From: Ylistrum balloti
Taxonomy: Eukaryota
Length of the DNA: 64,000 nt
Direction of reading: 5' to 3'
Assembly (NCBI RefSeq): GCF_031769215.1
Contig: NW_026782411.1
Coordinates: forward strand, 248,001 to 312,000
Of the stretch, positions 51,682-64,000 are shown one piece after another. A program made the translations under genes and the position numbers. Under the pieces are notes generated by a model that saw only the letters and a program-made list of their open reading frames with translations, did no database searches and was not told the origin of the DNA. Position 1 is the first letter of the stretch. Each line of letters opens with the position of its first letter.

Positions 51682-52774
51682 AGTTTAAGATAATTAACAC
51701 TAGTGTTGCCACTTTATACAACTTGTGATTTGATCCAAATTACACTTGCCTCACTTGTAAAGAAGAAACAGTGCATTTTTGAACATTGTTTGCTTGCTCT
51801 ATTTAGATAAACACGATTCAAAAGGTGGAGATTGTCAAGCGTAGGTTGTATTTATGCAGAAAAGTGTTGAATTAAACACCAACATCATTTCTAAAGACCA
51901 TACAACTTACGTCCTGGTGCTGTATTGTGTGCTGCAGGTTGTTTAACATTTCCTCGTTTATGTTGTATGTATATTGGCTTCAGCATTAGTGATACATACA
52001 TTGGCTGAAGTGAGCTTATACATTTACCCTGGCAATGTGTACATTGTCAATCCAGACCCTTTCAATTTTCTCTTTGCGATTACAAAGCAGTATGTATTCA
52101 TGATATTTGGTCAGTAATGTGTTGAAGTAAAGGGCTCTCAGATGTGCAAATGAATTACCTTGACCCATATTCAAGGTCAGAGGGGCCATATAAGCTACAA
52201 CTCTACAACTCTCAACTTCTGATTAAACGAAAAAGGGATACATACAGTTCTGATATTTGACTGGTAGGTAGAATCTTGGAATGAAGCCAAAGTTTGCAGG
52301 AAAAAAAATGATTGAGCCATATTTAAGATAATGAAACACAACTTCCTATTTTTTAATTGGTTAGAAAACCAATATCTGATACCCTGCCAGAATTCATTTA
52401 GTACTGTGAATTGACTTGTTTTAATCCAATCTTATTAATTGCTATCACTGTCTGCCTCTCTTTCACTTTCTCTCTCTCCCTATCTCACATAAACTGTTTC
52501 CAAGGTGATTTAAAGTTGTCACTGTTGGTCTCCCTTGACTTTCTTTGGTGGCACTAGTGGAAAAAATTACCAGAAGGACTTAGGAGAAAGGGAGTAATCA
52601 AGATAAAGGAAGCGAATCCTGATGGAGCTTTCAAATGGATCAGAAGAATTGAAAAGTACCTGGTAGCCATTATACTGGTGTTGTTTATTAGGAGATAATG
52701 ATAGTATGGTAATGAAATCACATATTATGTATCTGTTTGATATGAATAATATTCTTAAGTGTATATCTGTATCT

Positions 52775-52935
52775 CTCCTTCCTCCTCTCTCAGATATCAA
52801 CATATTCTGTATCTAAACATGTCATCTTGTATTAAAATCTCCCTCCTCTCTCAGATATCAACATACTCTGTATCTAAACATGTCATCTTGTATTAAAACC
52901 TCCCTCCTTTCTCCGATTTCATCATACTCTGTATT
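52775..52935. repeat. Tandem repeat, 61-bp unit x~2.7
   Basis: ctcctctctcagatatcaacata(t/c)tctgtatctaaacatgtcatcttgtattaaaa starts at 52782 and 52843, with a partial copy at ~52904. Confidence 0.9.
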
Positions 52936-53624
52936 AATGCATCAATGTCCATGGTAAAACAATAATATCTGAATTGCATCATATGTTTTGTTGATACAAA
53001 CCACTATAAAGGTTACACAACGCAGTTTTGTTAAACACTGGAAAAATGTCTTCTGAAAGGCTTAAAGTCATATTTTGCTGTCAGGTTCCTATATCAGACA
53101 AAGTTTAGGGGAAAAAAATCAGTCCAGGAAGAAAAATACAGCCCATTTGGACCACTTGTTATAAATTGTTTTGGTCAGAAGGAGCAGACAAGAAAAAACA
53201 ACTGTGGTATTTTCATTATCGTAACATCCACTTGATTCAAAGTATTATATTCCCAATGCTTTTCATATCCCCCAATAATTGAGCATTCTGTTTTTAGGGC
53301 CAGAAAACAAAGCTATTCAAACTTTTTTTTGTGTTCTGATGTTTGTTAGTTTCAAATTGTCCATTTTATTTACATGTTGGAATATTTATGAGTGACACAC
53401 TTGGGCTTACTGTGAGAAAATCACTTGTCAAAGTGCTATTATCAATGGCTGTAGAGAGTGTCTTGATAACCATCAACTGCTATCACGTATATATTGAAAC
53501 GTTCTGATACACTGCTCTCCACCCACCCTATCCTTATACTCTGGTGTTATCTTCTCTTTTCTATCTTGTCTTCACTTCCGAGCCTAAGTGTGTATCCCAT
53601 CTGTTGGTGTACATAATATACGCA

Positions 53625-53950
53625 TAAAACATGTGATGTCATATTACAACATTATTTCATGTAAGATCACATGTGATAATGTATGACAACATATAATGCC
53701 ATGTTAGATGTTTGATACCATGTGGCAACATACAATATATTCAATGTCATGTTACAACATCAGTGATATGTTACAATCTATGATGCCATGTAGCAAATAC
53801 CATGTATATGATGTCATGTTACGTTTTATGCCATGTGACAACCTGTGATGCCATGTGGCAGAATATATGATGTCATGTTACGTTTGATGCCATGTGGCAG
53901 CATATATGATGTAACAACATGTGTACTGCCATGTCAAGGTATATATGATG
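53625..53950. repeat. Degenerate short-unit tandem repeat (ATGATGCCATGT(G/T)(G/A)CAAC-like)
   Basis: Recurrent tgatgccatgtggca / tgatgtcatgttac motifs. Confidence 0.7.
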
Positions 53951-54312
53951 TAGTGATTTAAACTTGGGGGCATGTTTATGTTTCTCGGGAAACTGGTGTC
54001 ACGGATCGTCCTGTACTCCTGTGGTTATGGGCTAGATACTTAACCCCAATTTCTGAGTGTTTATCGAGGTAGTTACTCGTTGCTATGAGGTAACACAATG
54101 CCACCTGACAACATACAACGTCATATGAAAATCATTTTCTGCCCGACACTGACAGAGTGAAACAAAGGGCAGTAACTCTGGGATATCAGAGTGATGAACA
54201 TATGCGTACTGAGTTGAAAATTTAGAACAACAGATAAAATAACTACTCGTTGTCAGCATCTAACATAGCACTCAATTTCGATGAAATAAAACGTGAGCCA
54301 AATATACACAAT

Positions 54313-55549
54313 AACAAGAAGCCCATGGGACTTAAATGTCGTCTGACTATAAAGACCTATATATAGGCCTAAACATAATTGCTCAGCTTACATAGAAGAC
54401 ATTGCTGTTTCATTAAGACATTTTTTGCAAACTTGAAATAATTTTCTTTATACATGCAATACACAATTTCTATTACTCCTGAGTATTGCTTGTTGAAATG
54501 CTAGCTACAGGCCAAGTATCAAGAACCTTGCATTTCGGTTATTGAAAAGAAGTTCCTTAAGCATTTCAACACATCTGACCCCTGTGACCTTGAAAGATGT
54601 CCAATATCAGTACCCTGGTCCTTTTAGTTATTGAAAAGAAGTTATTTAAACAGTTTAACACATTTGATGTCTATGACTTGAAAGTGGGTCAATGTCATTC
54701 ATATTTACAAAGAAGGTAGCCCTTCATCCTAGCATGCTACAGGCCTAACATCATCATCCTTGGCCTTTTGGTTATTGGGAAGAAGTCATTTAAAGATTTT
54801 AACATATTTGATCTCTGTGACTTTTCAAGCGGATCAATGTCATTCCACTTAACTAGGGGTAGAATTGACTTTCTGGGTTTTTTCAGAAATGATTCCCCAC
54901 TCTTAATGATGTTTCAAACAAAATTTGGTTGAAATCCATTTAAGCATTAAGAAAGTGTAGCATTATGAAGAAATATATTGTCATATTTCCCGTTTTAAGG
55001 ACTTGACCCCAAATTTCTAGGGGTCAAATCAAGTTTCTGATTTTAAGAAATGATTCTCCACTCTAAATGATGGTATTTACACCAAATTTGGTTGAGATCA
55101 ATTCCAGCATTTAGAAAGAGTAGCATTTTTAAGCAAAACATTGACTAACTTTCCCATTTGGGGCCAGTCCCCACTCTCACTCTCCACTCTCGATGATGTT
55201 TCAGATCAAATTTGGTTGAAATCTATTCAAGCATTAAAAAGGAGTCGTGTTTTGAATAAAATGTCTGACTTTAAGAAATAATTGCCAACCCCAACTGATG
55301 AATCAGGCCAGACTTGTTGACCCTTTTGGGGCTCAGTCCCTCGCCTCCTAAGGGTCGAATAGAAATTCTGAATTTTAGAAATGATAACCCTCGCCCAATG
55401 ATACATCGGACCAAATTTGATTTAAATCCATCCAGGTATGAAAGAGGAGTAGGGTTTTAAAGAAAAAGTTTACACACAACGCACGACGACGGACGAAACA
55501 CGATGACAATGTGTAATCTTGACCCTTTGGGTAAGATTACCTGAATAAA
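54313..55549 (+). mobile_element. Non-autonomous Helentron-type element (HINE / pearl-like)
   Basis: The 5' end aacaagaagcccatgggacttaaatgtcgtctgact resembles bivalve HINE termini. Two kinds of internal repeat blocks follow (ttattgaaaagaag...tgacc at ~54540/54630/54770; agaaatgatt.cccactct...aaatttggttga at ~54885/55045/55190/55380). A GACG-type microsatellite remnant (~55480-55497) precedes a 3' hairpin gtaatcttgaccc-ttt-gggtaagattac (55513-55540) and an A-rich end. Confidence 0.75.
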
Positions 55550-55573
55550 CAGGGAAAAAAACCTGTAAAAGAA

Positions 55574-56330
55574 TGAGAACTTGACCAAGTGCTCTGAAAA
55601 GGTGCCTTCTGTTTCATCGACGACACCCGCCATGCAAATCTGAGTCAAACCAAATCAATGTCCCAAATAAGATCTAGGTTAACCGCAAAGGAGCAACGTT
55701 TTTACATTTTACAATTTCGAGTGAGATCGTCTTCCTCGTGATCTACATCAGCCTAGCTGCGTCTCCCGAAATCCTATGTTGTTAGTCTATTTGTTATCTG
55801 TCGACATCTCAGGTACATTTTCCTGTCTGTTCCGGGAATCATGAGTCACGAACGTCTAGGTGAAAGACTGGTGCGTTGACCACTGCGCCACCCAATCGTC
55901 CTGAAAATCATGATGTTGGGAGGCAAGTCCTTAGACAATCAACAGCAAATTATAAATATTATATGTAGAGAAAGGGAGTGTTGATATCTAAATTGAAAGT
56001 TTCACGATATGGGGATTGAAGTGTCCAGGTTTGTCATACATCTTGATAAAAAGCTATCATTGAGGTAAGCGGCTCAAGAGTCTGTCGTGCTGTTGATTTC
56101 CGGTTATAGTCAATATTCTGTTTAATATCATCATATCTACAGGTGAAACTGAAGGGATTTGTGTCCTGTTTTATAGCCCTTGATAGGTATGCCAATAGTC
56201 CGTTATCGACATAGCTTGCAATCAAACCCGACGAAGATATTGTTAACCAGATATTAGATCGTGTTGGCGATTTCGTCCTTTGTGTATTTCTTCTTTGCTC
56301 TGGACGGTTTTTTTTCACGAAATACGCACT
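55574..56330 (-). mobile_element. Decayed Penelope-like retroelement reverse-transcriptase fragment plus its 3' flank
   Basis: Frameshifted minus-strand translations occur in the expected order: KKYTKDEIANTI*YLVNNIFVGF...RTIGIP, FSFTCRYDDI (YxDD region), PEINSTTDS*AAYLN, KMYDKPGHFNPHIVKL. They match the recalled mollusc PLE RT consensus KYSE.DI..MLEFLIDNIFV.F...GIPMG / FNFTFRYIDD / LEIKDTTDS..SASYLD / KLYDKRDDFNFPIVNF. Confidence 0.7.
55700..55894 (-). mobile_element. tRNA-derived SINE (head at 55894), lying within the PLE remnant
   Basis: Minus strand GGTGGCGCAGTGGTCAACGCACCAGTCTTTCACCTAG...GATTCCCGGAACAGAC shows an A box and a degenerate B box. The 3' limit is approximate. Confidence 0.6.
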
Positions 56331-57354
56331 AGGTTATTCAGTCAGAACAGAGGAAAAACAGTGAAAAGAAGCGAAAATCCAACCAATTTTTTTTAAAGAA
56401 TTAATAAAGGTCAAACAATGAAGATCTCTGTGGGATCCCTTGTAGGACAGCTTTCACTTTACATAATTGTTTGCGCTTTCTGAACAATTTAACTTTATTT
56501 TTATTAGATTAAGTACTACTAATGCTAAACCCAATTCAGTAGGAACCATGGTACTTTGTTCCCAGTTGTGTTAAGTACAGTGTACATGTAAATCTGTTAT
56601 AATGAAGTTTTTTTATTCAAATTTCAAAAAATCTGTGGAAGATGTAACCACATCAGGTTTAGATGTAGCATCCTTCTCCTACATGTTATTCGGGGAATTT
56701 AAGCCAAGGTCAGAGGTCACAGGTTAGATCCTCTTCTAGGCTCCGTTCTCTACGGGGTATCGATTTGTGCCTAAATACAATCCATGCAGCTAGTACTTTT
56801 GAAGAATTAAATAATGTCAATTTTTACAATCCAAAATGGTCGCCTGTCAGACATTTTATTATCTAGATCAGATCCAGAATTTGATATGTATATCAAGAGA
56901 CCAGAGGAACAGATGATTTGAGAAAAATACATCCTGTATTTCTTAGGAACGGCGATAACTACTTTCTGAGCTGCTGTCTCTTTGTATGACAAGAAAATTA
57001 TCGGGGTTATTTGTTGTTTTATATTATGCTATATTCGCATGTCTTCGTTCAAATTTACACTTCGCTGTATTGGCATATATGCATATTGGACCTTCCGGTT
57101 CCTTAATTATCATTTTCATATGCTGCATGAGCTTTTTTGTCGCATGAGTTTTATTTAGCTAGCAGTGTTTGTAAAGTTATCTGTGATGTATGTTTTAATT
57201 TCTTACTGTGACAAGTTGGTTTGTGTAAATATAATTGTTTTGTTATTTATAGTCGTAATAATAGTTCTACAGAGCTGATGTTTTATTATTCAAAAACACG
57301 ACTCAGGATACTTTTTTGTATCTTTTAGGCATCTGCATCTAAAATGCAATTCGG

Positions 57355-57545
57355 TCGGGTAGGTAGCGCAGTGGTAACGCACTCGCCTATTATCAAGTCG
57401 TCCGGGGTTCGATTCCCGAACAGACGTAAATAGGTAGGAGGTAATCTGTCCGTCCATGTGTTTCGATGTCATCCAGAACAAGAGTAAATAAATTAGGAGG
57501 TAATCTGTCCGTCCATGTGTTTCGATGTATTCCAGAACAAGAGTC
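57355..57545 (+). mobile_element. tRNA-derived SINE head followed by a 58-bp internal tandem duplication
   Basis: A box TAGCGCAGTGG (57364-57374) and B box GGTTCGATTCC (57406-57416), followed by cgaacagac as in the 55.8-kb copy. It has no complete cloverleaf. The duplication starts at 57426 and 57484. Confidence 0.7.
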
Positions 57546-58009
57546 AATAAATGGATCAATAATATCACAATAAACACAATAAAGACACGTGTATATGTCT
57601 CTGATAATATCACAATAAAACGCCCTCCTCGAAAAACCTACCTCTTCGCCAGATCAGTTTGATATAATTAGCAGTAGACAATACACGTATCCGCCTCCAA
57701 ATATTCCTCTTATAGGTTACGCGGTTGAAAAAATGGCGTGAATTATATTGCAAGTTGGGACGCTATAATGGAAAAACCTGGGACGTACCCTGGAAAACTA
57801 ACGAAAGTGTCGGGAGATTACTTGCTAAGTTTATTGATATGAGGGGGCAACATAGGAATTGATCAGTTTCAGATTCTAGATCAGTTGGATTTCAGGTTTT
57901 ACTTAATTGAATCTAAATGATTCAGTAAACCTTCCGGGAAAATGCTACTAAATTACACTGTAAGGTAGCCCGCTTTTCTCTTTGTGCAACTGAAGTCGCT
58001 GATAACAGA

Positions 58010-58380
58010 TAGCATGCGCATTAGAGCGTGGAATTCCAATGTTGTTCCATTCACTCCAAAATATCTCCACTAGATGTCGCTCCAATAATTATCCAATCAG
58101 AAAGCAGCCTGTTCAGAAGTGCGAATTTGCGCACTTGGTAGTCGACAGAGAAGCAGCCATTGTACCGACGGTGGCAACCTCGATTTTCTTCTTTTAATCG
58201 GTAAGTACCGTTTAGTGAACATATATGGTGGATCAGAGTATTCTTCATTGTACCGGACGCCTAAATGAAGTGTGCGATCGGTCCTATTGATGCCGCGTGG
58301 GTATGACTGCTTTGTGTGCTGCTGAATCTGTAGACTTGGTCCTAATGATTTATGAGGGAACGCAAAGCTCGCGAGAACGG
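58010..58380 (+). promoter_or_regulatory. CpG-rich promoter and non-coding first exon (donor at 58200/58201) of a downstream + strand gene
   Basis: CpG enrichment. Motifs: NRF1-like GCATGCGCA (58012-58020), CTCF-like CCACTAGATGTCGCT (58067-58081), CCAAT boxes (58082, 58093), donor ATCG|gtaagt and BANP/KAISO-like CTCGCGAGA (58368-58376). Confidence 0.55.
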
Positions 58381-61300
58381 GCAAGTCTCATTTCCAGACT
58401 CCGGTGCAGGGAAGATCACGAGGCAGAAAAAAATAAAAACCTTAAATAAGGACGGAAAACGATGTTTTAATCTTTGGGAATGATAAATCATATGTTATAG
58501 CTTACTTTAATCTTTCGTTCATGCCGGTCAGGGTTGAAAATATGAGACTCTAAAAATCGCCACTTTTTTTTCTTAACATTGTCTTCAGCGCCCGACACAG
58601 AGTGTCGCTAAGCTTTTTTAATGAACGATAAGTGTCAGCCAATTTAATGTCAAAGGAAATAGTTGAGAATGTTTGTATCGATAAACAACGACCGTCTGAT
58701 GCATGGATTCAGTAATGGAAGCAGATCGACCAATAATCCGGTGATCGGGTGGATCGGTGAATTCGCCGCTCAGCCGGGACAGAAATCCCTTTATTTTTTT
58801 TTATCCACTTTTATTTCATTAGCGTTCAGATGTAGAATATTTTTCTTTGAAATGCAGATTTTAGCCTTTAAAAAAGTTGGGTTTTTTAATTTCAAATTTG
58901 AATAACTAAATAGGATACTCTTGGATTGAAATTTTCTGCCTCTAAGATTATAATTTAATGTCAGTATTTACATTTATTAAGTTGCTATTGATATTTACAT
59001 ATTTATGGACTGCGCTTATTTTAGTGAAAGAACGCTTGTGTCAATGGATGTGGTAAATTTATTCCCGCAATGTTTCCAGAAATTGTTGATTCATTTTAGA
59101 ATGACAGAAGTTTATTTGCCTTACTAAACTTGTCAAACCTTGCAGGATGCTATTTTTAAACCATTCTAGTGATTTTTTTTCTCTCCATTTTGACTTATAT
59201 TCGGCCGCATTCCCAATGCAAAATAGTATCTTTTTTTCCCAATTTAGACCCCAAGTTTTCCCAATTCAAAGGAAAATGTCGCTATTTTTCCCAATTCTAA
59301 GGGCCCCGGGCCCCAGCCCCAAAATGTGGGATATTCAGTGTACCAAATTCAGGGCCAACAACCCCTTGATTAAAGAGTTATTTCCCTTTGTTAAAATTTT
59401 GTGTCTAATTAAGTTGCTTCTAGGAATCTTCCATCGGTTTCTTTGTTTATATAAGTTTTTTTTTTGTTTTTTTAGGGGGGAGGGGTTGTTGGCCATCAAA
59501 GGAAAACTGGCACTGGTGTGTGTCTATGGAATTGAATTTCAGAATATAGTTGAATAATAATATAAAAAATTTGATATAAAGATTGATCATTGATCTTAAC
59601 CACTTCAGCACTTTTTCCCCCACAGTTTGTACATATAGCTGGTTTCTGCTGTTCCTTTACATATTTTTGTGAGATTGAAATGAATATGCCAGTATAACAA
59701 ACAGATTTTCATTTTGGTATATTTAGTTCTCACAATATGATATTGTAGAACTAACTATACCAAAATGGCTAATTTCATGTTGATATCCATAAAATCTTCA
59801 TAATGAACAGTTACACATTTATGTTGCTTTGGAAATAAAAATTGTTACAATAGTAAATACATACAGCACATGTTATGTTTTTAATTCAATGTTTAATTGA
59901 AAATTGCATAATGGTTTTATGTTATTATTTTGTAGGTGAAGCAACAAGAACTGACTGATGTGATTGACAAGAGGTATGACATTCGTAAAGTTCGCGGCCT
60001 AAAGAACTTTCATACCAAGTCTTAAATAAGGAAATATATTGATTAATAATACATAGTAAAATTATGAAACACTTTGAAATTAAGTCGCATCCAGCATATG
60101 TTTCTTTCACATCTTCAAAACTTAGTCTTTTATTGCAGGTTATGATTTGGATTTGGTTAATGATATTACCTACTTAAGCTGTTTTGTAGTTAAATTTCTT
60201 TATACATATAAGAATAATCATGAAGGCTTTTGCAATATTTTGATTTTCTGTATATAATGACAGACTTAATTGATTTATTTATTAAACTTGAAGATTTGAA
60301 CGTAAATTGATGTTAAAATCCATTGTAAATGTTCTCAAGATAAAGATTGGGTTATGTAAAAACATTTAATATATGTCTTATGATGATTAGTTATAACAAA
60401 TACAATGATAGATATTGCAATAGTCTGGTATGTTGCACAAACATTGCATGTTATCGTTTAATATATATTTGTGTACATATATATTTGATATGTAGTCAGT
60501 TTTTATTAAGTATGGAATGTATAAGACATTTTACCTGGTATCATATCAAATCAATCTCTTATGTTTTTGAAATTTAATCGCCTTCTTTGTTTTTCCTTTA
60601 AATAGAAATTCAGAATATAAGACACAAAATTTTCATTTGTTGAAATAAGTATGATACAATAGTTGTGTCAATGATTAGTTGTTTCTTTTAACTAAAATCA
60701 GTCCTCATTTGATATGGTACACGGTATGTATTTTGAATGTTTATTAAGGATTAAAAAATCATTGAGCTTTGTAATTTTTTATCAGCATTTCAATTTATCT
60801 TTTCACATAAAATTACATAAAACCTTTGAATTTGTTGCAATCGTCAAACATGCATCACTTGATGGTATATTTTATTGATTAAAATCAACAGGAAAGATGT
60901 AAAGTTCATATACAAATTGATAAGAATTGATCTTGAGTGGTCAAATGTTTCATGTAATTTAGTGTTTTTTAAGCATATTTTGCAGTTAGTGTTACATGTA
61001 CATATGAAATGGAGGTGTCTGTGCAAACATTTCCAATTCAAATGTATCTTATTCTTTGCTTATGGATACTACAGTTAACTATAGCAAACAGCTCTTAAAT
61101 ATAAAGAATGTTAACTGCAATGATAAATCAATGTGCACTACTTTTTTACCTTCTAGTACTTACATTTAAAAGAACATTTCAATTTCAATTGACATTTTTA
61201 AGACTGTTTCATTTTCTATCAGTCTTCCGCAAAACGAAATATATTTACTTCTGATTCTGGCTGTTTAAGTTTGTTTCATTTCATAAATTTTTGCACAAGG

Positions 61301-64000
61301 TTAAAAAAGATAATTTTTTTAAATTGCAAATTTGTTGAAAATGTCTGGACTTCTGCTTGCCATAACTTGTACATTCTTTATATTTAATGTGGTGTAAATC
61401 TAATGTGACATCCAATACATGAAAATGATCTTTATACCAATATATAACTTAGTTTTATTTTTGTTATGATTCAGCTTGATGTCCATGGCCTCCAGTAATA
61501 ACTCTAATAGATCTATAGCTGTACCACAGCTGTACCTATAGTGAACCAAGGCTGTTAGGGAAGCCACAGCTAGCTGTGTCCATCTGTGACACCTAGACAG
61601 TCAATAGTCTATATACTGTGGTTGGATGTCATATTTCTGGGTATGTTAGTTGTAATGGTTTACTATAGATGTAGTGGTGTTAGTAGTAATGGTACTTGGT
61701 TCAAATATATGCTTGTTCTTTATAAATTTGTAGTACATTTAATTAAGAAACATTAACTTTTGCAAAATCACGTAAGTGTTTCCTATCTGCATTTGTGGAC
61801 ACCATTATCTCAAGTAAATGCCTATCCTTCAAAAATAATTCTTATCTATTATTTTAATGGAAATAGCTTGAGAATTTACAAAAGAAAAAAAACATATATA
61901 TATAGTCTCATATTTCTGTATTGCTTGATATTTGTAGAAGTATTTGGGAGACATTTAATAATCCATATTCAACTGTTCATTATTTTCCAAACTTGATATC
62001 CTGCCATTAAGCATATCAAATCAGACATTTTTATGCCCATTGATTTGTCTGGCCGGAATCCATTTAAAGCAGTCCTGCAAGAAGAAAAGATTAAATGGTG
62101 TTCACTATTATATTGCAGTTTTAGTTTTCCATATAACTGTAAGCTTTAATGTTTGGTTTTATAGTATATGCAGTAACTATACAATTTTGGCCAAATCTTG
62201 TCCTGTGTATAGATATTTATAAGATTGGTCATAGATTTTCAAATATAAATTGATATACTTTGCATGATGTAAGCACAAGAATCAAATCTATATGTAGTTA
62301 GCAAATTACTTACTCTTTGATACATAATGGCTTGACATGTATTTCATTTCAGGTCATCATGTTAACATGTGTAGGACAAGATCATGTATGAAAATTGACA
62401 CTGGATTTAAGGTTTTGAGTTCTGAAATAAACAAGTCCCTGTAATTACCAGGCCAATGAAAATGAATACAGTAATCATTAAAAGTAAAAATTTGTAGAAA
62501 TCAGTGGTAACATTTCATACATAGATTTTCTTGTAATTTGAGCATTTTAGAGGAATTATCTACATTAAATACAGTTACTTATGTAGTTAATTATCAGAAT
62601 AAAGTAAGATTTAAGATAGTAAGTTTGTGCAACAATCCATTTGCTGAATACCGGTAATTGTCAATTGTTCACCAAAAAATTTGAAAAGAAATGCAAAAAG
62701 TTGAAGTCATATTTGTATATATCTGTATGCATCTCTTAAACTTGTGATGCTATGCAATTTTCATTTCTGTATTCATAACGATCATGAAGACCGGCTTATT
62801 CAGTACAATGGTAAAATTATATCATAATGTTAAGTATTCTACAAAGGAGTGATTTTTGGGATGCAAATATCAGGTCTTATTTCTTTTTAAAGAGGCGCAT
62901 CAGTATTTTGAAAAAAAAGTTGCTCTGGACTTACCTGAAAAAATCCACAAAAAACACTTGTTTGTGTCATTTCACGTTAAAATAATGTACTGGTATATGA
63001 GAGGGTTTCAGATTTGTTACTGACTAGGACAATAAGTTACTGCCTAGTACACTAACATATACCTAGTACTAGAATTGTTTCAGAATATTTTTATTATTGT
63101 TAAGTATAACATTTTCAAAATTCCTGATACATCTTTTATAATTTGATGGCAGATTTGACATCTACAATAATATGCAAAATAAAAAATTTGAATGACAAAA
63201 TCATCAACTTTTATCCAAATAAAAATGTCTTATTTTAATAGTATTGGAAAATAAAATAAAAAGTTGATTATTTTATCAATATGAATTACAACAATAAGTT
63301 AATAACTAGTGGTTGTTGTGTATTGGTTTGATGTTTAGATTTGAGTGTGGTGATTTAAGTAACAAATCTTTAAGGGTATTACATAAGATTGAACAACAAA
63401 AGGAATAAGATAATACAGCTTTGATAATATAGTCAAAATATCAGATCTTTTTCTACTATTCAGTCTGCCTGATAAAATGTATTTAAAAAACTTCCAAGTT
63501 ATGTTGTTCAACCTTATCAAAATTAAGTACGATTAAGTGTAATTAGATTTTGTCATAATTAGAATATTATTTAGATAAATGATATTTGATTTAGTACCCA
63601 AGCAGAATTCATCATATCTCTACTACTATTGTAGAGAATTCATTGTGATGCATGATTGTCTCAATATCTAAAATATCCTTATTAAAATGTGATGATCTGC
63701 TCGGATAACTTAATGTAAATATAAGGAAAGTAGTTTACTCATGAAAATTTGTCTTACTTCAATCCATATGGACAAAATTATAAAAACCTGAAATATAATG
63801 TAAAACTTCATGTAACAAAACATTAACAAATAATTACATGAGTAAACTATTTGAAATGTGTTTTGGGTGTTTGTTTGGACAGCTTACAACATACGCTACA
63901 ATGATCATTTTCTATTTAATTGACATATCACCGTTGTTTATATTACCATGATCTGTTTTGTTTTGTAGTAGTTGAACATCAAATACAATACAAAGATACA

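Noticed and set aside
57355-57425. Possible tRNA gene
   Set aside because: It has A and B boxes but no intact acceptor or anticodon stems, and it continues into SINE-like body sequence, so it is called a SINE.
59147-63520. Numerous 60-136-aa ORFs in the last 5 kb
   Set aside because: Low-complexity F/I/K/Y-rich translations typical of random AT-rich intron sequence.

Overview
AT-rich animal genomic DNA with spliceosomal introns, most likely from a bivalve mollusc (inferred from the repeat types and protein similarities, not proven). One assembly gap lies at 30442-30610. (1) A large minus-strand gene can be assembled from phase-consistent GT-AG exons 40617-40598, 34185-33954, 26567-26468, 23475-23450 (26-nt microexon), 22606-22526, 4830-4607 and 660-<1. 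Its last visible exon carries FAM217-family-like motifs (PDLNLR...LPESF..LD.R.IA...DRMVELERL). (2) A complete 4-exon fatty-acid-binding protein (FABP/iLBP) gene (7076-12464, +) is nested antisense in that gene's 17.7-kb intron. (3) Mitochondrial ribosomal protein bL36m (MRPL36) has an intronless CDS at 51030-51572 (+) with a long C-terminal extension. (4) A CpG-rich promoter and first exon near 58.0-58.4 kb probably belong to a further + strand gene running out of the window. The non-coding DNA contains several minisatellites, decayed Penelope-like reverse-transcriptase fragments, a Helentron-type non-autonomous element and tRNA-derived SINE heads. The most unusual item is a tandem pair of Penelope-type minimal hammerhead ribozyme motifs at ~36.0-36.13 kb, in the sense orientation of the predicted FAM217-like pre-mRNA. 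All family assignments come from recalled motifs, not from database searches.
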